From Candidatus Eremiobacteria bacterium (GTDB lineage Bacteria > Vulcanimicrobiota > Vulcanimicrobiia > Vulcanimicrobiales > Vulcanimicrobiaceae): a stretch of DNA of 64,000 nt. The position numbers were made by a program, and so were the translations under genes. Location: positions 1,984,001 to 2,048,000 of the forward strand of contig CAVTRC010000001.1 in the NCBI GenBank assembly GCA_963737065.1, given 5' to 3'. Under the pieces are notes generated by a model. That model saw only the letters and a program-made list of their open reading frames with translations. It was not told the DNA's origin and made no database searches. Positions 59,458-64,000 of the stretch are shown here, one piece after another (the stretch's first letter is position 1; each line of letters opens with the position of its first letter).

Positions 59458-60617
59458 TTGATTCAACGACGCGCGCGCAATTCGACCTGACCGACGAGCA
59501 GCGGCAGATCGGCGCGCTCGCGGGTGAAATCGCCGAGCGAGAAATCGCTCCGAACATCGCCGTATGGGACCGCGACCACACGTTCCCGCGCGAGCTGTAC
59601 ACAAAACTCAATGACGCCGGCATCATGGGCATCATCGTGCCCGACGCGTACGGCGGTGTCGGCGCGGATTACGTCTCCTACGCGCTTACGATCGAAGAGC
59701 TCGCACGAATTGACGCCGGTACGGCGGTTACCGTTTCCGTGCACTCGATGATTTGCTCGGCGATCGTGAAGCTCGGCAGTGCTTCTCAGAAGCAGTATTG
59801 GCTTCCGCGTTTGGCATCGGGCGATAAGATCGGCGCCTTTGCATTGACGGAGCCGGATGCCGGATCCGATGCCGCCGCGCTGCGCGCCACGGCAAAAAAG
59901 ATCGACGGCGGCTACGTACTCAACGGACGCAAGCAATGGTGCACGAACGGCGGCTACGCCGGTGTTACGATGGCAATGTTCCGGACGGGAGCCGGCGGCG
60001 CTAAAGGTGTCAGCGCGTTTCTCATTCCGGAGACCGCAAAAGGCGTAACGGTCGAGAAAGTAACGGAGAAGCTCGGTATCCACACGAGCAACACCGTCGA
60101 TCTGGCGTTCGACGACGTGCACGTGAGCGACGAAGCGTTACTCGGTAAAGAAGGCGACGGATTCGGCAATGCATTGACGGCGCTCACGAGCGGCCGCATC
60201 GGTATCGCCGCTCAAGCGACGGGCATTCTCGCCGGCTGTCTCGCTGAATCGGTTGCGTTTGCCAAAGATCGCGTGGCCTTCGGCCGCGCGATCGCTGCGT
60301 TCGAGGGCGTATCGTTTAAAATCGCGCAGATGGCGACCGATCTAGATGCGGCGCGTCTGCTCGTTTACCGCGCGGCGGCGCTTGCAGACGCGGGCAAGCC
60401 GTTCGTAACCGAAGCGAGCAAAGCAAAACTTTTCGCCTCGACCGCGGCACGCAGACATGCAGCCGAAGCGCTGCAAATTCACGGCGGCTACGGATATACC
60501 ACCGAGTTCGCGGTGGAGCGATTCTACCGCGACGTAAAGATCACCGAGATCTACGAAGGCACATCGGAGATCCAACAGATGATCATCGCGAGGTCATTAC
60601 TGGGCAAGCTGGATTAA
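59454..60617 (+). CDS. short-chain acyl-CoA dehydrogenase (butyryl-CoA dehydrogenase/MmgC-like)
   Basis: FALTEPDAGSD, GRIGIAAQ, QIHGGYGY, IYEGTSEIQ. Confidence 0.92.
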   Translation: MIDSTTRAQFDLTDEQRQIGALAGEIAEREIAPNIAVWDRDHTFPRELYTKLNDAGIMGIIVPDAYGGVGADYVSYALTIEELARIDAGTAVTVSVHSMICSAIVKLGSASQKQYWLPRLASGDKIGAFALTEPDAGSDAAALRATAKKIDGGYVLNGRKQWCTNGGYAGVTMAMFRTGAGGAKGVSAFLIPETAKGVTVEKVTEKLGIHTSNTVDLAFDDVHVSDEALLGKEGDGFGNALTALTSGRIGIAAQATGILAGCLAESVAFAKDRVAFGRAIAAFEGVSFKIAQMATDLDAARLLVYRAAALADAGKPFVTEASKAKLFASTAARRHAAEALQIHGGYGYTTEFAVERFYRDVKITEIYEGTSEIQQMIIARSLLGKLD

Positions 60618-60729
60618 AAATACGAACCGAACCGTCCTTTCGAACGGCCCGGCTGATGTCGCGACGGACTTTCAACCCAAGCACGATTCATATCACTCGC
60701 CACGAGTCCTCGCGGATGGAGCGTGCGGG

Positions 60730-60806
60730 TGGTTCGACAGGCTCACCATGACAATGTCGCATATGTCATCCTGAGCTTGATATGTCATCCTGAGCTTGTC
60801 GAAGGA
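60730..60806. repeat. cluster of REP-like 24-bp units: one inverted variant, one truncated copy, one full copy (19-bp tandem duplication)
   Basis: 60730-60753 reverse complement tgtcatggtgagcctgtcgaacca; 60783-60806 tgtcatcctgagcttgtcgaagga; atatgtcatcctgagcttg duplicated at 60761-60779 and 60780-60798. Confidence 0.85.
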
Positions 60807-60861
60807 CGACCCATTGTGGCCCATATAACGCTGTGAATAGGAGAAGAGCAAGACAAACGCC

Positions 60862-62031
60862 ATGAATCTCATGGAGTATCAGGGGAAGGAACTGTTTCGC
60901 CGGTGCGGCATTCCGGTGCCGCGTTCGCAGCATTGCAATACGCCCGATGACGTGGCCGCGTTCATTGAAAAGAACCCGGGCAAGTGGGTTGTGAAGGCAC
61001 AAGTCTTGATGGGCGGCCGCGGCAAAGCGGGCAAAATCAAATTCGCGTCGACGCCCGAAGAAGGGCGTAACGTCGCGCAAGAGATCATGGCGACGCCGAT
61101 GCCGCCGAACCGTCAGAACCCAAAGGGCGAACCGATTCATTCGGTGCTCGTCGAAGAAACGCTCGACGTCGCGCTGGAAGCGTACACGGCGATCAGCGTC
61201 GATCGGACGACGAGAAAACCAGCCGTGATCGCGACGAAATTCGGCGGAATGGACGTCGAAGAAGTGCACGAGCAGCATCCCGAATCGTTCGCGACGTTCT
61301 ACGTCGACACGGCGATCGGGTACTCGCCCTTCATTGGGCGCGAACTCGCATTCAAGACCGAGCTCGATCCCGGCTATCGCAAACAGTATCCGGCGATCGT
61401 GGCCGGCATGTACGATCTCTTCTTCAGATACGGTGCGAAGCTGGTGGAGATCAATCCGCTCGTCCTCACGAAGGACGGCCGCGTGATTGCGGCCGATGCG
61501 AAAGTCGAAATCGACGATGACGCGCTGTTCCGTCAGCCGGAGTTCAAAGAATGGCAGCAAGTATTGCCGCTCGATGAAGATGAAACGCTCGCGACGGAAG
61601 CCGGCCTCGGTATTCGCAACTTCCGCCGCTTCGGTGGAACGGTCGGCACGATGGCGAACGGCGCGGGCCTTGCGATGGGCACGATGGACGCCGTAAAGAA
61701 CGCGGGCGGTGAGATCGCGAACTTTCTCGACGTCGGCGGCGGTGCAAACGCCGAACGCGTGCGCAGATGCTACGAGCTCGTCGTCAATCACACCGGCGCG
61801 AACGTATTCTTCATCAACATTTTCGGCGGCATTACGCGCGGTGATGAAGTTGCCAAGGGCATCGTCGAAGCGATGAACACGACGCAATCGCGCAAAATTC
61901 CGCTCGTGATTCGCTTGACGGGAACGAATGAAGAAGAAGGCCGCCGGATTTTAGCGGAAGCCGGCATGACGCCGGTTGAAACGATGGACGAAGGCGCAAA
62001 ATGCGCCGTCGAACTGGCCCTGTCATCCTGA
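60862..62031 (+). CDS. sucC: succinate--CoA ligase (ADP-forming) beta subunit
   Basis: MNLMEYQGKELF, VKAQVLMGGRGKAG, EINPL, NGAGLAM, NFLDVGGGA, NIFGGI. Confidence 0.93.
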   Translation: MNLMEYQGKELFRRCGIPVPRSQHCNTPDDVAAFIEKNPGKWVVKAQVLMGGRGKAGKIKFASTPEEGRNVAQEIMATPMPPNRQNPKGEPIHSVLVEETLDVALEAYTAISVDRTTRKPAVIATKFGGMDVEEVHEQHPESFATFYVDTAIGYSPFIGRELAFKTELDPGYRKQYPAIVAGMYDLFFRYGAKLVEINPLVLTKDGRVIAADAKVEIDDDALFRQPEFKEWQQVLPLDEDETLATEAGLGIRNFRRFGGTVGTMANGAGLAMGTMDAVKNAGGEIANFLDVGGGANAERVRRCYELVVNHTGANVFFINIFGGITRGDEVAKGIVEAMNTTQSRKIPLVIRLTGTNEEEGRRILAEAGMTPVETMDEGAKCAVELALSS

Positions 62032-62044
62032 GCTTGTCGAAGGA
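62021..62044 (+). repeat. REP-like unit identical to 60783-60806, overlapping the sucC stop and the sucD RBS
   Basis: tgtcatcctgagcttgtcgaagga. Confidence 0.88.
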
Positions 62045-62052
62045 CCATATCA

Positions 62053-62936
62053 ATGTCAATCTTCTTAGATAAAAACAGTAAGGTCTTCGTGCAGGGCATC
62101 ACCGGTGCCGAAGGTTCGTATCACACGGGACGCATGCTCGCGTACGGAACGAACATTGTCGGCGGCGTGACGCCCGGCAAAGGCGGACAAAAAACGCAAC
62201 ACGGGCTGCCCGTGTTCAACACCATCGACGAATGTGTCGCCGCGACCGGTGCGACGCATCAATGCATTTTCGTTCCGCCTGCCGGTGCAGCGGATGCGTT
62301 GTTCGAAGCGTACGAAGCCGGTGTTCGTTTTTCGATCTGCATTACGGAAGGCGTTCCGGTGCACGACATGCTGCGCGTCGTCGGATCGACGCCAGGCATG
62401 CGCATCATCGGTCCGAACTGCCCCGGATTGATTTCACCCGGCAAGTCGTCGGTCGGGATCATGCCGGGACACGTCTTCAAAGAAGGTAACGTCGGATTGA
62501 TTTCGCGCTCCGGAACGTTGACGTACGAAGTCGTCGACGGCTTGACGCGCGCGGGATTCGGACAGTCGACGTGCGTCGGGATCGGCGGCGACCCGATCAT
62601 CGGAACGACCTTCGTCGATTGTCTGCGTGAATTCAAAAACGATCCGCAGACGAAGGCGATCGTTATCTGCGGTGAAATCGGCGGTTCGGACGAAGAAGAC
62701 GCCGCCGCCTTCATCAAAGAGCCATCTTGCGAGCGTGCCGGTCGTTGCGTTTGTCGGTGGTCGCAATGCGCCGCCCGGGAAATCGCTCGGGCATGCCGGC
62801 GCAATCATATCCGGCGGCTTCGGAACGCCGGAGAGCAAGATCCGCGCGTTCCGCGATGCGGGTGTTCCCGTCGCAGACCGGCCGTCCGAGCATTCCGAAA
62901 CTCCTCGAAGAGCGGATGGCCGCCGTTCCGGCATAA
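62053..62936 (+). CDS. sucD: succinate--CoA ligase alpha subunit (two apparent +1 frameshifts near 62722 and 62891)
   Basis: [47 protein letters not shown]; then GHAGA (phospho-His) in the next frame and [18 protein letters not shown] in the third. Confidence 0.92.
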
Positions 62937-63001
62937 AAAACTTATCAATTGGAACCGCTTCATTGAACGAACCGGAACGAAGCGTGCGCAAAAAGGAAGC
63001 G

Positions 63002-63030
63002 GCCGCTTAGTCTAAGCGGCTTGATTTTTT
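63002..63030 (+). terminator. putative intrinsic terminator after sucCD
   Basis: gccgctta-gtc-taagcggc followed by ttgatttttt. Confidence 0.6.
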
Positions 63031-63042
63031 AAGCAACGATAA

Positions 63043-63067
63043 AGGAGCAGACCTTTGTCGCGAGAAT
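63043..63067 (+). promoter_or_regulatory. putative sigma-H-like promoter AGGA-N17-GAAT
   Basis: aaAGGAgcagacctttgtcgcgaGAAT upstream of the TonB-dependent receptor; spacing fits the Bacillus SigH consensus. Confidence 0.4.
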
Positions 63068-63171
63068 TCGCTGCAATACGTCACATGAGAAGTTGCTGAG
63101 AGACGCACGTCGCGGCCCTCGGCACTTTCGCGTGTGGATGTATGTCACTCAATTCAACTGAGGGCTATCGA

Positions 63172-64000
63172 TTGAATACAAAGCCAACCCTACGTCGGGT
63201 GGCTGTGGCTCTGATGCTTCTCGTAGCGTTCTTGTTCCAGGGAACATGGGCACTGGCAGGTACGACGGGCGGCATTTCGGGTCAAGTCACGGACGAGGCT
63301 GGTGCTCCGGTACCGGGGGCTTCCGTTAGGGCAGTCTCCGCATCGCAGTCCGCTTCGGCCACTACCGACGCTTCAGGTCGATTCAATTTCCTCTCGCTCG
63401 CACCGGACACGTATACGGTGTCGATCGAGAAAGACGGCTTCAACCCGCTCTCGTACGCGGGCATCACCGTCTTCGCGGACAACAACCTGACGCTGTCCTT
63501 TAAGATGCAAAAGGCGCTCAAGACCATCGCGAAAGTGTCGGCAACGTCTGCCGGCAATCTCGTGAAGTCGGGCGTTGGTTCCGACATCTACAGCGTCAAC
63601 TCGCAAGCCATCACGACGGCGAGCTCGCTCGGCGGCGGCGGCAATCTCAACAGTGCGTACTCCGCCATCTCGTCGGTCCCCGGCGTGACGGTCCCCTCCG
63701 GCGGAATGGGCTGGAACCAAGCAACGTACGTTCGCGGTTCGCAGTCGTTCTTCACCGGCTTCGAGTACGACGGTATTCCGGTCAACCGCGCCTTCGACAA
63801 CTACAACTCGTCGACCGAGTCAAACCTTGGCTTGCAAGAGCTGCAGGTGTACACCGGCGGCGGACCGGCGTCGTCGTCATCGGCGGGTACGTCGGGCTTC
63901 ATCAACCAGGTCTTCAAGACCGGCACCTATCCGGGATACATGGACCTTTCCGGCGGGATCGGCACGCCGACGTTCTACCACCAAGCGAAAGTGGAAGCGG
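63172..64000 (+). CDS. TonB-dependent receptor with N-terminal carboxypeptidase-regulatory-like domain (runs off window; absent from ORF track)
   Basis: GAGGG RBS, TTG start; signal peptide ...GTWALA; GTTGGISGQVTD..GAPVPGASV...TTDASGRF...LAPDTYTVS; plug-like SSVPGV...YVRG...YDGIPVN. Confidence 0.85.
   Translation, partial: MNTKPTLRRVAVALMLLVAFLFQGTWALAGTTGGISGQVTDEAGAPVPGASVRAVSASQSASATTDASGRFNFLSLAPDTYTVSIEKDGFNPLSYAGITVFADNNLTLSFKMQKALKTIAKVSATSAGNLVKSGVGSDIYSVNSQAITTASSLGGGGNLNSAYSAISSVPGVTVPSGGMGWNQATYVRGSQSFFTGFEYDGIPVNRAFDNYNSSTESNLGLQELQVYTGGGPASSSSAGTSGFINQVFKTGTYPGYMDLSGGIGTPTFYHQAKVEA

Noticed and set aside
60618..60729. AACCG...GGCTGATG resembling the 3' half of a fluoride riboswitch
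   Set aside because: The conserved 5' GATGG element and pseudoknot partner are missing, and the downstream gene is not typical
60730..60806. CRISPR array or tRNA fragment (GGTTCGA)
   Set aside because: Repeats are inverted or adjacent with no unique spacers and no cas genes; no cloverleaf around the GGTTCGA
58185..62895. Programmed frameshifting or real pseudogenes in thiolase and sucD
   Set aside because: No slippery sequences; single-base indels in otherwise intact genes match the error pattern seen in pgk and tpiA
62955..63020. Terminator/antiterminator switch upstream of the TonB-dependent receptor
   Set aside because: The alternative ccgcttc/gaagcgg pairing barely overlaps the terminator stem and no aptamer is recognisable

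Overview
GC-rich, very compact bacterial chromosome segment. It combines Firmicutes/Actinobacteria-like housekeeping gene order (whiA-gap-pgk-tpiA-gpmI; mfd-prsA-mazG/yabN...S4/yabO) with diderm envelope genes (LptD-like barrel, O-antigen ligase, GT9, TonB-dependent receptor). That mix suggests a diderm Terrabacterium such as Eremiobacterota (inference, not verified). The middle (~13-56 kb) is dominated by surface-glycan genes: a priming sugar transferase, MurJ, a Wzx-like flippase, two polyprenyl-phosphate-sugar-synthase-like GT2s, three GT-C-like polytopic membrane proteins, GT9, two GT4s, four class I SAM methyltransferases, rmlC, two rmlD, and gmd-rmd. Also present are an ECF sigma/ZAS anti-sigma operon with apparent back-to-back ECF promoters, lysine-fermentation genes (kal; kamD-kamE inside a glycan operon), an mmgABC-like thiolase-hbd-acyl-CoA dehydrogenase cluster, sucCD and the start of a TonB-dependent receptor. 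Short structured REP-like repeats occur at ~15.8, ~60.7 and ~62.0 kb; the last supplies the sucC stop codon and the apparent sucD ribosome-binding site. Several essential genes (gpmI, tpiA, pgk, thiolase, sucD) and the O-antigen ligase carry frameshifts that look like sequencing indels. No rRNA, tRNA, CRISPR array or transposase was recognised. All family assignments are from motif recognition by eye; no database searches were run.
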